Source of the DNA: Adineta vaga
Taxonomy: Eukaryota; Animalia; Rotifera
Length of the DNA: 64,000 nucleotides
Assembly (NCBI GenBank): GCA_021613535.1
Contig: CP075497.1
Span: 8,432,001 to 8,496,000, forward strand
Direction of reading: 5' to 3'
Below, piece after piece: positions 1 to 13,183 of this stretch (the stretch's first letter is position 1; the number at the start of each line of letters is the position of its first letter). The notes under the pieces are model-generated. The model saw only the letters and a program-made list of their open reading frames with translations, ran no database searches and was not told where the DNA came from. Made by a program: the position numbers and the translations under genes.

Positions 1-1038
1 TACTTAATTGTTTTTGAAGAGATTGATTGTGTTGTGCTAATTCAATAATTTCTTTCGATGTATTGACTTTTTCATCGGAATGAAAATCTTGTTGAAATGA
101 TTCGAATTTCATTTGATATAACGTTTCTAATTCAATCAATTGACTTTGATTATATTTTTTGTAATCGTTCCTAAACAAAAATTGTGAAGAACTTCATATC
201 AATTTTTAAAATTCTTACCGAATTTTTTGTAAAGTATTTTCTAGTTCAGTTTTTGTAAAGAAATTATTCGAATCATGTTGAATCTTTTCAAGTAAGTCAA
301 ATTCTTGTTGACATCGTTGATTATATTCTTGTTCGAATAGAATTTTTTCTTTTAAAGTATATAAATAATTTTCAATTTTCATACGTTCATAAATAATAGT
401 TGTATAATCATGTGTATAACTATTTAATTTCGTTAAATATTCATAATAAAGTTTCTTGTTTAACTAAAACAGAATTATGTTGATGAGAATTTTTAATAGA
501 TGTGTCTTACTTGAAAATCCATTTGTTGTTTTTCATATTGTTCTTTCAAGAAACTTAATTCATAAGTATCACTTTCGAGTTTTTGTTGTAGAGATTGAAA
601 TTTTTCTGTTGAAGAAAAAATTTGTAGTTTATTTCTGTAGAATCGTCGATCATAATCGGCACGTTGTAAACGTATTTGTGTTACAACATATTGTCGTAGT
701 TGATTATTCAATTGTCGACGAAGATCAGTAAATTCTGTTTGAGAAACAAGATGATTTGAATCATTTTTCATGTATGTTTCATGAATATTTTCAATCTCTG
801 TACGTAAATTGATATTAATATCAGCTAAATTTTTGATTTTATCAAGATAATTTGCAAAACGATTGTTTAAGATGTTCATTCCTTGTTGTTCATCTTCAGT
901 TTTCATTCGAGAATAATCAGCACTTTTTGCACGATTTTTACTTACTGTTCGACCTTCCATTGTGATTCGTGATTGTCGAAAACTTTGAGATAGATCTTCC
1001 AGAGAATTTGTTGTTATTGTTGTTCTTTGATGTTGCAT
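1..1038 (-). CDS. Intermediate filament protein (runs off the window start; exons ~1038-511, 463-219, 170-4)
   Basis: Coil-1A signature LNNRFANYLDKIKNL (cf. LNDRFASYIDKV) after a short Ser/Arg-rich head, then continuous coiled coil. GT-AG introns of 47-48 nt keep the frame. Confidence 0.85.
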
Positions 1039-1658
1039 TTGATTTCTTATGTAAAAAAATCAATATTTGAGAGGCATAGAAGTTAGTTAAAAGACGTTGT
1101 TATTCATTTGTATAATGACATATACTTGATAAGAAATTTGTCATTTATTCTTCATAGACCTTGATCAATTTTAAAGATAAATTTATTTTATGCAAATGAA
1201 GACAATAATAAGTTTGTGGTTTCTTTCTTTTTCTTTAGAAAAGGATGCGATTGGTTTAAACGAATATTCACGAAAGATAAAGAGTTTTTGTTGAAGAATA
1301 AGAACAAAATTGGATACTTTATTAATAGAAGAAAATCGTTGATTTTTTAATCAGATCTAATTTCTTCTCGTACTATTTACAGACTTTCATATTACTTCGT
1401 TCTTTTTTTGTCACTGCTCTCTTTTACTTCTCGGTATATATAAATATCCACTTGAATTTTTAAACCTACAAATATATTTACGAGTCAATAACAACTATAT
1501 TGAAGTATTCGTGTCAATGATATGAGATTTTGAAGTTTTTTTGCATACATATAGAAAGATTTTTTATTAACTATAAGTGAATGAAATATATAAGGAAGAC
1601 GAAGGAAAAAAACGTCGATCTAATGAATAAATAAATAATATGAAATTTTCTTTCTTAG

Positions 1659-2880
1659 ACTCTTGAAGCTGAACAAAAAAATTTAATTGTAAATAATAAA
1701 GGTGGTGAACATCCTCTTTATCTTGCCTATCTATGTGAAAATCTTCGTCAATTTGGTGATTATTCATTGATTACAAAACGTTTGAAAGGATATCCACAAA
1801 CAACTGAAGAATTAATCGATGTATTACTTGATGAAGTCAGTGTTACAATTGGTAATCAACCAGTTCTTGATGCTGTAGGTAGAATTGAATTCTATTTTTT
1901 TCTTCTCTTAATTAGAATATCGATTGTTATCTTAGTTCTTTAAATTGTTAATTGCATCGAATATTGGAATATTGGAATCAGATATGGTGACAATGCTTGA
2001 ACGTTATATGAACAATAATGTTGATGAAACTAAACGAGTTAATGTCGATCGAATGATGTGGTCAACGATACGAAGACATTTAAAATCATTTCTAGATACA
2101 TCCTGGATCGATGGACATCAGTTAATTACGTTTCGTCATTCAACACTTCTTCAGGTTTACATTTATTTTCGATTTTGATTTCTTTATAGACTTATTTTTG
2201 TTCTTAGAAATTACACAAACGTTATTTTGAAGACAAAAATGATGAACTACGTTCCATACATAAATTTCTAGCTGAATTTTTCTTAAAAGATCCGTCCATT
2301 AAAGATTATTCTCGTCGTCGTGTACCATATCATTATGAGCAAGCACATATGATTAAAGAATTAATTGCATATTTACGCTCATTAGAATCACGTAGTGTTG
2401 CTCAAATAGATCGACAAGCATATCTACGTGTAAGTAAATTCCACTATTTCATATTCAAATCCTACCTATGAATCTGATTTTTTTACATAGAAATATCGAT
2501 GTAAACGGCATTTAACAGATCTAGATTCAATAGCAAGTCAACGTGCTTATGTATGTAATGTATGTGCTACGTTATTTAAATTAGGCCCATATACCATGAC
2601 AAAAGGTTCATGTTTAATTTGTACCACACCAATCTTCGGTTTCAGTTCATCACAATATAGTCCTACAAAACGTGATGCACGTCTTTGTACACAGCATGGT
2701 CAGCCGGGTTATCCTCGTACTATAAGATGTGTAACTTGCAAAAGTATTCGACCAAATTTATCGGGAACTTTACCAACAGTTATGGATTCTATACCAATGA
2801 ATATATGTTTACAATGTTCGATGTCCGGTGGAGCAGGAACACGTTGTTGTGATTTTGAAATTGACGAGATTAAAAGCTGA
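1659..2880 (+). CDS. TEP1/NACHT-associated helical-domain protein with a C-terminal PHF5-like zinc knot; 5' end not found (exons 1659-1874, 1936-2154, 2208-2429, 2491-2880)
   Basis: Four exons joined by phase-0 introns give one open frame. Motifs GEHPLYLAYLCENLRQFG, FRH and RVPYHY resemble the post-NACHT region of TEP1/NPHP3/NWD-like proteins. The last exon has 12 Cys/His spaced like PHF5A. Confidence 0.7.
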
Positions 2881-3197
2881 GTTTTCTTTTCATTGATTTC
2901 AATAAATTTTCTAATAATTTTCATAATTCATACAGAATTTTAAGGATAAAAAATGTTGCTTGATGATTTCTTTCGAGAGAATTTATCGAGTAGAATCTGT
3001 TCGTTAAACATAGACGACAGAAAAGGATGGTCTCACTCTCTCCTTTTTGTTATCTATATTATCATCGAACAAAAAGCTTCTAGAATAAATATCAAACCAA
3101 TGAAAAGAGAAATCTATTTATTTAACTCGATGTTCTCTATGAAGATAGATATCTTTGATGTTATTTAGTTATCAGTAAGAAAAAGAGAACGAGTAAG

Positions 3198-6100
3198 ATG
3201 AGTGATGAAAAAGTTGAAAGACGACAATTACCGACCATTATTGGACTTCGAGCAAATGGACGAGTGAACACATTTCTTGGTCGTATAACTCGTCCTCATT
3301 TAATTATTGGTGGATTGATACTTCTAGGTCTACTCTCATTTTCATTATTAATTACAGTTATTGTTCAAGGAACACATCGTAAACAAAAGGATTCTACAGA
3401 TACTTCTAGCACTACAATTGATGACTATTGTTTAACTCGAGGATGTTTGTCTGCAGCAAGTCATCAAATGCGGTTTATGGATAAAACAGCATGGAATGAT
3501 CGTTGTACAGATTTCTATCAATATGCTTGTGGTACTTGGGATAAAACACATCCAATCCAATCATTTGAAGTTGACCGAACAATTCTTGGAGATCTTCTTG
3601 AACGACGTGATGCAGATATTGAACGTCTTCTTGATTCACCTATTTCTCGAGTTACAGTAAGCAGTTGGGAACGAAAAGTTAAGGTTTGTAGTTGATTAAT
3701 TCTATTTTCATAGAAAAAAAAGTCAAATTTTCTCGTATTCATTTAGACATATTATACTGAATGTTTAGATGATTATGCACGTGTACCAGGAAGTGGAAAA
3801 GCCATGGTTGATTTAATTGAAGATCGTGATACAATTCAAGGTTGGTTCTTATTTGATAATGGTGCTGAAGGTGCTAGTCAAGATTTTCTTCTAATAAATC
3901 AAACAATTCTCAAACAAATATCACATATTAATGGTGATCTTGGTAAGAATTTTTCCTATTTACATACGAATGTTTTTTTAATATCTTTTATCTTAGGCGC
4001 AGTTGTTGTCTTTAATTTACGCACAGGATTCGAAGATTCAAATTTAAATATTAAACGATTAGAAGTAATGAGCCAAAATAATAACAAAAATTTGATATTC
4101 TTTACAATCTTCTATTGTTAGTTCTTTTCAGGTGGTTTATCAATGGATATAAACGATTATTTAAACAATGATACAATATCAGAAACAGTAAGAAAAATCT
4201 TATGATCAATACATCAAATAAAACATGTGAATTGATTTCTTATACGAAATTCTTCTTTTTTTTAATTTAAAAAAATTCACATGGAAAATATGTTGTTCTT
4301 TCTTGGTTTTAGCGTCGCTCAGCGTATCAGTTATACATAATGGAAGTTTTAGCTTTACTTTCTCAAGATGCTGGCATAAGTGATGGTAATCTTAGTGATC
4401 GAATGTTTACAGTTGGTAAGGATATATTCGATGTCGAGAAAGAATTAGCATTGGTATATTTTTGAAAACTTCGACTTGATGATATATGTCAGTATATTTT
4501 TTTTCTAGGGTATGCAATACAGTAAAGATAATGGTGATAAGCCAAAGACAATGACATTACAAGAGATGGCTAACACATATTCAGTAAGATGAAAACGATT
4601 TTGAAAAAAAAACATTATAGAATAAAACTTCTTTCTTTAGTTCGATTTTGTAGAATATCTATCACATATCTTAAATGATGCAAGTGTTGTCTCATCTACG
4701 ACATTTGTTCATGTTACGAGTCCATTATATTTTGAAAAAGCTTTTACATTGTTATCTAAAAATAACGAGTAATTATTATTCTATTTTGAACATTTCCATT
4801 GATTGATCTTTTTTTTTGACAAAATTTAGTCCAACATTTGCTCGACGTTTTCATAATTATATGCGTTGGAAATTAGTTCAAACGTATATTGAAGATTTAT
4901 CATACAATTATGTTCATGCACATCGAATCTTTCTGAATAATTATTACGGAGCAACACTTCATTCATCAAATGAAGCATATTGTACACGTGAAGTTATAAG
5001 AAGATTTCCACTTGCTATTCAACGTTTATATACAATGAATTCAACTACACATTCAGATGCTGTTACAGCTGTAAATACAATTTTTGATGCATTAAAACAA
5101 GGACTCAAACAATATGTAGATGAACAAGCAACATGGATGATAGATGAAACAACAAAAGTAGAAGCTAGAAGAAAAATAGATGCTATGACAGCAGCTATTG
5201 GTTATGCTAGTATTGCTTCAGATGATGGTCGTCTCGATGATTATTATGAACGAGTAAGTATCGATTATATGATGATATGAATTGATTTGAAAATGAATAA
5301 GCACTGATTACGGTATAAAATTCATTTAGTTTGCAGTAGGTGATACATCGCATTTTGAAAATGCATATAGTTATCATCGTTTTCATTCGTGGACTATTTC
5401 AAATTCATTAGAAAATCCTAATCAACTTGATCATTGGGATTATTTTGAAACACGACCAAATCAATTATTTGATTATATTGCTCTATTTAATCGACTTTTT
5501 GTTATTGCCAATGCTATGCATCCACCACTTGTTGATACTGACTGGCCAGGGTAAGTTTGTGTTATTGAAAAGAATGATTTCTAAATTTTCATTATGAAAA
5601 ACTTCTCTATCTATCATCTTTAAACCGTTAGAAGTCAATCTTTCTTTTTAATATTTATTTTATAGGACAGTGAATATGGGTTCAATTGGTGTCTTACTTG
5701 CTCAAAAACTCTTTGCTAGTATTGATAGTCAAGAAGGTAACTCAATATAAATAAATATTCATCATAAAAAGCCAGTATATATATATATATATGTATATAA
5801 TTTCATATTCAGGTCGAACACATGGTGCTGATGGATCTCGAATACCTGATTGGTGGTCATCAGCAACCGTTAATGCTTATAGTACAAGTCGTCAATGTAT
5901 AACGAACTATTATGTAAATGATATCAAGTCACTTTCATATAATGTCAATGGTGCTCAAATATCAGTTCGACTTGCTGGTGAACCATTTTCTCCTACAACT
6001 CTTCGACATATTGGTGCTCTTCGTTTTGCCTATACAGCAATGAAAAAAACTGATCTACTGAAATCATCAATAATTCCTGGTACAAATTTAACAAGTGATC

Positions 6101-6279
6101 AAAGTTTTTTTCTTGCTTATGCACAAACACAATGTTACAAACGACAAGATTTACTTCAATTAGTTCGAACACAATTAGGTATTTATGATGAAAGAACAGC
6201 ATTAAATGCTGCACTTATTCATATGCCCGAATTTAGCAAAGCATTTGAGTGTAAACCAAGAAATACAACATGTTTCTAA
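3198..6279 (+). CDS. M13 (neprilysin/ECE) family type II membrane protein, predicted catalytically inactive
   Basis: N-terminal TM anchor, CLTRGCLSAA, CTDFYQYACGTW, NYMRWKLV, FFLAYAQTQC and terminal FSKAFECKP..CF. The HExxH position reads QKLFA. Confidence 0.9.
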
Positions 6280-6958
6280 ATATGATCAAAGAAAAATGAT
6301 ACGTGTCTGTGTTTTCAAATATGATGAGAAAAAATAAAATAAAATTTTACCTTCTTCTCTTATTAGTAAAGTTCATATCGAAGATTTTCTATTGCTAATG
6401 AATGAAATATCCCACCGATCAGTTTCAATCAATAACAAGATCGTCGTGTGGATATGTCGTTCATGAGCAGATGCCTCAAATCATTATGTTCAAATGTCTT
6501 GACGCTTAATTTCGCTAATCGTTTAAAAGTGAGACAAACGACGATAAAAGAACAAGATAGTCATTGAATTTTGTCGTCATATGTAAGGAGGAAGAAAAGG
6601 AGAAAAAGAGAGAAAAAAAAGAGAAACGAACAAAGTCAGTGTGGGTGTCAGATGGATAAGTCATATCATTAGTGAGATGGATAGAAAGAACTATTGTCAT
6701 TATCTGATTTTAATAACAAACACATTTGTCACCACTAGAAAAAGACACGTATTTTGTCTAAAGTATTAACAATTATCAAATTCAATTTCTTTTTTTTTCC
6801 TATGAGAGAAAATAATAGAAGTCGATAAAGTAGATATGCATGAAACATATTGTATCGTTTAGAGAAATAAATGCTTTGATCGATCAATTCACCGATATGT
6901 GGATTGTGAATGGGTTTGAATTTCGCAAAGAATCAAATAAGGATTCACAATAAGTAGC

Positions 6959-8635
6959 TTAATAATTTCGATTCACACCAATTGGCAATGGTTTATTAGT
7001 TGTGTCTATAGCAGCTATACTATATGCCTATAGAGAAAGAAAATAACGAATAATCTTCCTTATATCTTTCATGTCATTACTTGAGCTATGGTTAAGAGCT
7101 GTTTTTGTGCCATTTCAATATTTCCTGGTTTTCCAGCCCATGTACGTAGGACACTAGTTTGAAGTGTTTGACCGTAACTAAATGTTAGTATCCATGGCTT
7201 TTCACCTGAATATTGATTAATTGCATTTAAATTCTTTAATACTTCTTCTTCTGACTGATCACCTACAGAACAACGTACATTTACATAAATAATTCTTTAA
7301 CTCATCTATAAAAAATTCTTACCCGATAAAAAGCAAATGCCTGGTACAGCTGGTGGAACAGTTCGTTGTAATGCTGTAACTGTTGCATGTGCAATCTCTT
7401 CTGAAGTGTATTTTCTCTTACAATCAATGCCTATGATATTCAATAACGAATTGATTTTGTCTCACACGAACAAATCAGTTGTATAAACCTGCAGTGATCA
7501 TGTTTAGTTGAAGAAGTGTTCCTTCTAAGAAAATATGATGTTCACTAAGTGCCTTATATATAGCAGCTAAAATTTTCTCTATAATATATTGACAAGTTTC
7601 CAAATTCTGATCACCATTCGGTAAGATCTTCACTAAATGAACTGATATTCTATCATCTCAAACTGAAAATCATCATACTTCTAGTACAACCATCGGAACC
7701 ATTTTATTCTAAACAAACAGCTTCATTTCTTTTCGGTTTTCTTTATTCATCTTATATTACTTGTTGACAGATCGATGCATAACGTGCTGATACATGTGCT
7801 ATTTCATGAATTGCTAATTGTGATGGTAAACCATTACCAATCTTTAAGACACATCCTAATCAAATAGAATTTTCCTCAAAATCTACAATCTATTCGATTA
7901 CAAACGCCATTTAGTGAAACGAACACCATCTTTATAATATTGACCACAACGTTCTCCAAGACCATCCAAACCTTGTGTCGTATTTTCTCCATTAGTTCCC
8001 GCCAAAGGAACAAGACCTTTATCAACTTTCACACCAGAAAGAATATCATTTTCTTTCAATATATCACGAAATAATTTTCCTTTCTCATCATCTTGATATA
8101 ATGTTTCGTGTAAGAAAATGACACCTGATATGTAGTTAGAAAGTTCTTTTGAACCTGTGAATAAAACTTGATGGTATAGACGACGATTCTCTTCAGTATT
8201 TTCTAAACCAATAGATTGAAGAAGTTTGGACATAGAACCTAATGGTTAGTTTTCAAAATGATATGAATAGTTCATTTTTCTTTTTTTCATATCTACCGAT
8301 CGATTCATCGGCAGCTAATAGACCTTTGCCTTTCGCAACAAGTACAGTAGCAATTTCAATCAATGCTTTTTCTTTGTCAACGGATAGATAATAAGGCATA
8401 CTAAAGTATTCATCTTTGACTTAGAGATATATTTTCAATGATAATATTCATTATTACTTTGATGAATAGATAATTAAATTTTCCGAATGTTTCTTCTCAA
8501 TTTCTTTATGGTTATTAATATGAACTGGTGTATTCACAATACAACGAAATCTAAAGTGAAAACAATAGATGTTTGCAACATTTAATAATAGTCTGACAAC
8601 TTTGTCGAACAAGAATGAGAAACTTTTTCATACAT
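6959..8635 (-). CDS. Class I fructose-bisphosphate aldolase homologue with catalytic residues substituted; conserved Met at 8399, probable upstream start at 8635
   Basis: [57 protein letters not shown] and a C-terminal Tyr. The spliced frame is intact to TAA at 6959-6961. Confidence 0.92.
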
Positions 8636-9111
8636 AAAAACACCGAAAATGAACTATTGAATTGAGAAATAAAGTTTTAATTGCAATGGTTGCTCAGACT
8701 ACATAAATTAGAATACAAAACATTATTTCTAAATACAATGAGAACAAAATCTTCAATTTTAATTTTCGTATTGATTGTTTTACTGTCAATTAAGATTTAG
8801 ATTTTATTTCATTTTTCTATCTGATCTGATAGAATAAATACATTTGAAATGTATAGACATCGACAAAATACGCCAATAAGATGGAACCTTCATCAACTTA
8901 AAGCGACATCTATTCTTGTTTCTTGTTTTGCTCAGCTGATCTAACCTATCAAGGTCGTCATCTTCTTTCCCTTGTCTATTCTTCATTTTTCTTAATAACA
9001 TGAAATCATGAATCATTAACATCAGTTCGTCTTACTTTATATATAAATAGTATTAGTAAATTATTTTCATTGTATTTTTCTTCTCTTCATTTCTCATTTA
9101 CAATTTTGATT

Positions 9112-10880
9112 ATGGTGTTTCCATATGATTATTCTGAATTACCACTAATAGCTATTGTCGAAATATTTTCTTATTTATCACATAATACTCTTTTATCAGC
9201 ATCATCAACTTGTTCATCATGGCGAAATGTTTTATATCATCCAAAATTATGGTCATCAATTCCATATCGTCCACTTCGTTTACATCTAATTCATCGTCAT
9301 AATGATATACATTGTTTTCGTTATTTAACAACGAATTTTCTTAATTTAACACGTTATATTGAAATACGTTTCGATCCAACAGATTTAAATATTATCAAAG
9401 ATATTCTACAAGTTTTGGATGCAATAGCATGTACCAATCGACAAATAAAAATACTTATTTTTCGTCCAACAAGTACACGATGTGCATTAGCAGAAAATGA
9501 GCAACCATTTGTACCACTTTGTGATAAGTAAGTCATTTTTTCATGGTTAAAATTGAATTGATCTGTTGATCTTCTTTTGTAGAATTTTTCATCTATTGAA
9601 ACAAATTATCGAATGTAATCAAGCTTTAGAAATTCTTTCATTTGGTTGTTGGTTTGAAAGTTTATTTCGTATCGAAGAATTAGTTCATGTTCTAGCACAA
9701 CGACAATCTCAATCAATTAAACAATTGCATTTAGCATCAATTAAAAATAGTGAAACACATTCGATTGCAGGTAAATCAAATCCATAAATTTCATTGAATA
9801 CGAAAAAAAAATCGCTTCTCTATTTAGATATATACTTAACAAGTCAATCATTTCTTCCATTTATTTCATTGAATACATTAAGTATGGATTCAACATATCT
9901 CACAAACGAACTTTTGCAATGTTTTGCACAACAACCAACACAATTGAAACGGTATAATAAACTTTTGAAGAAAAAAGTATATTCTTTATTGAAAATTTTA
10001 GATTAATTGTACATGTTAGTGAATTTCGTTCGGATACACAACCAGTTGATGAAACAGTTTGGCAATCAGTATCAACAATGATGCCTGATTTACGCGTTAC
10101 AGTTCATATGTTAAATGCACATGAAACTTTTCGAAAATATTCTCGGATACTTCGTCCTAGTATGCCTTTATCTCATTTGCGGTAAGGAAATTTTTTTGAA
10201 ATAAAATAGTCTTTAAGTAGATCTATTTTCATTTTCTAGAATGTATTTTTGTTCTTCATTGAATGTCGATTTGTTATGTTATTTATCGGTTCATTATCGT
10301 TCAACATTAGAATGTCTTGATGTTATTGATAGCGTTACTGAACCAGCACTTCGATATCATAATTTATTTCGCGCTGAACCAGATCCACTAGTTTTATTGG
10401 CTTGGCAATGTAAAAAATTAACATCACTTACTATTCTCGGTAAATATTGCTTTATATTTTCACATATATATTTCTTTTTAATTTATTTAGGTTATGAAGT
10501 ATTAGAAGTTAATTTACTTGCTATTGCAAAATTACGTCCACAATTACGTACGTTGAATGTTTGTGCTGATTGTGTTATGACATTACAATATGGACATTTA
10601 CAAATGAATCATCAATTTGTTGAAGATGATGATGGAAATGACGCATTTATACAATATGGAATTTGTACAAACAGTATTCAAACAATTGTAAGTTCATATT
10701 GATTTTCCTTTTTATTTTTGCGAGAAATTTGAAATTTTCTTTTAGATTGGACAAGTTCTTGGCTGGCCATGGCATCCATTAAGTAAACATGAAATCCCTA
10801 TAGGTGTATATGAGTATACGGTTCCACTTGAACTTTCATTTATTGAACAGATTCATAATGTTTTCGAATCATCGATCTGA
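9112..10880 (+). CDS. FBXO33: F-box only protein 33-like
   Basis: N-terminal F-box (LPLIAIVEIFSYL...ASSTCSSWRNVLYHPKLW). C-terminal DPLVLLAWQCKKLTSLTILGYEV...NLLAIAKLR matches FBXO33 as I recall it. Confidence 0.8.
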
Positions 10881-11622
10881 AATTGAAATTCTTTACGAAT
10901 ATTTCTCACATCTCGAAATTCTTTGTCGATATTTATTTTGTATATAGAAGTCTGTAGATATGATTTTTTTTTGTTACATTGTACAAATACTTTTTTTCTC
11001 TTCTTTTCTGTCGATTTCAAATGAACTTAATGTCATCCGCGCTTGCGCAAATAGTTTGTGATGCTCTTTTCTTTTCAAACAAGAACATACAGATTCGTGA
11101 TAAAGTAATAATCTTAGAAAGAAATTTCTCGAAAAACCATGTCAGCCTGGTGAGCTTCTGTGTTTCTAACTGATTTTCTTTTTTCTTTATTTTCAACTAA
11201 TAGTATTTTGTAAGAACATGCTCGTCAGATCCCACCGTATGATTGAGCTCGTTTGTTTTCTTATTGTTCTTGAAAAAACAATAACAATGATATTCTTCTC
11301 CATCTCGCTATATTTTTGACATCATGTAAAAGATCTTTCAAAACATATTTTCTGTGTAATAAGTGTTTTCACTCTTTTATGTAACATCGAAGAGTCAGAT
11401 AAGTTTAATACGATCATTATTATTATTATTATTATTTATTTGTTTGTTTGTTTTGTTATTTCATTTGGAAATATCGAACGATTTGCTCACGAAGGAATTT
11501 TTTTATAAATGTTAAATGAAAAACTGGAATTTTTTTTGTCGATCAATTCAAGAGAGATAATAAATATGTAGTAGATTGCATAGAAATATTCATCTATCAT
11601 CTTCTTCTTCTTCTATTCTCAG

Positions 11623-12512
11623 ATGAGTAATGATGAACTTGAATTAATGCGTGAACGTTATTTAAAATTAGTTGATATTCATGGACAATTACAAATACAA
11701 AATAGTTTATTAGAAGAACGTCTTCTATCAATTGTTGAAACATATTCAGATGAGAAAAAACATTTGGAACAATCATTATGTGATGCGAAACAACAAATTG
11801 TTTATTTACAAGAAACAATTAATGAATTACAAATTGATAAACAACGATATAAAGATGATTGTAATCTAGCGGTTAGACTTTTACATCAACATCCACAAGA
11901 ATTTATTTCAACAACATCAACAGGACAAATGCAAGAACAATTGAAGAATAGATTTGAAACAGTAGTTCTTCTTTCGTTTATTCTACTGATGGATGTATGT
12001 TTGATTTACTATTTTAGACATCGATAAATCAACCAATCTCATCTCAACGTACTATGATGTTACCAACTTTTCCACCAACATTTGTACCATTATTACCTCC
12101 AACATCATCATCATCAACAACTTCTTCATCTATTAATACACAAACAACTGTGCCGTCGATGGCAGCCACTGATGATAATCTTCGTCTCGCTGCTAATGCA
12201 CTCTTCAAATCTAATAGCGTTCATCATTTTCCATCAACACAATTCATTTGTTCTGCTTGTAATCGAACTATTAAACGTTGTGATGCTAGTATTCAAACAT
12301 CGTTGGATGGAAAACCGAATCCGAATGAAGTATCTCGACTACGTCTTGTATCACTTTCAACATCTGATGATGGAGCATGGCTTTCACTTGATTCACCACA
12401 TGCACATGGTGCAATTCAAGAAACTCCAGTGACGAATACAAAACAAACATTTCAACATGGAAATTTTGATCATGTATCGATCCGTCCAATACCAAAAATG
12501 CATCATGTTTAA
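11623..12512 (+). CDS. TJAP1(PILT)/BEGAIN-like coiled-coil protein (intron 11962-12017)
   Basis: Coiled coil ending in RYKDDCNLAVRLL plus a downstream PTFPPT motif, both typical of the TJAP1/BEGAIN family. The ATG directly follows an AG, so upstream exons are possible. Confidence 0.7.
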
Positions 12513-13183
12513 GTAAAACGATTGTTTTTTGATTGATGAAGTTCTATTTTTCTTTTTGGGATAAAAACTTGTTTCTGGATGGTTTTTATTTTATTGAATA
12601 CTATGAAAAAACAGTATGTGATCTGTTACTTATTCTATCGAAGACAATGCCGTTAATAAATAATTCTTAATAAGATTGAAATCAAACATTCCGTTGTTCA
12701 TTGAGAAAGATCAGATATTTCTTTATCTATGACGACGATGTGAAACAAAGAATACTGTACATAGTTTATCTGTGACATTTTATTCACTCATTAATATTTT
12801 ATAGTAGACATTGATAACGATTTGTACTCGACTTAAAGATAAGTATGAGAAAAGTACAATCTTTTATTCAAAATGAACGCATACAATTGCTGTTCATTCT
12901 CATCAGTAGCAGGTGTAGCGATAATTTGATTAACTATTTTGTGAAAAAGGAAGAAAGAATAGGAAATAAAACGACGGATAAAACAAAACAGACCATAAAT
13001 AATCAAGTTTTCTCATTTATATCAAATAGTAAAATCGGAAATGAATACACACTTGAACACATTTCACATTGACACATACTTGAATGAATGAACGAATGAA
13101 TATCTACTAATCGACACATAAATCTAGATTTGATAGTTCAAAAGAGAATAAATCTCTTACTAGATGGAATAGAATTACTCTTT

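Noticed and set aside
4224-4283. Perfect 10-bp inverted repeat CATGTGAATT/AATTCACATG in an M13 gene intron
   Set aside because: A single 10-bp AT-rich stem is expected by chance several times in 64 kb, and there is no supporting structure.
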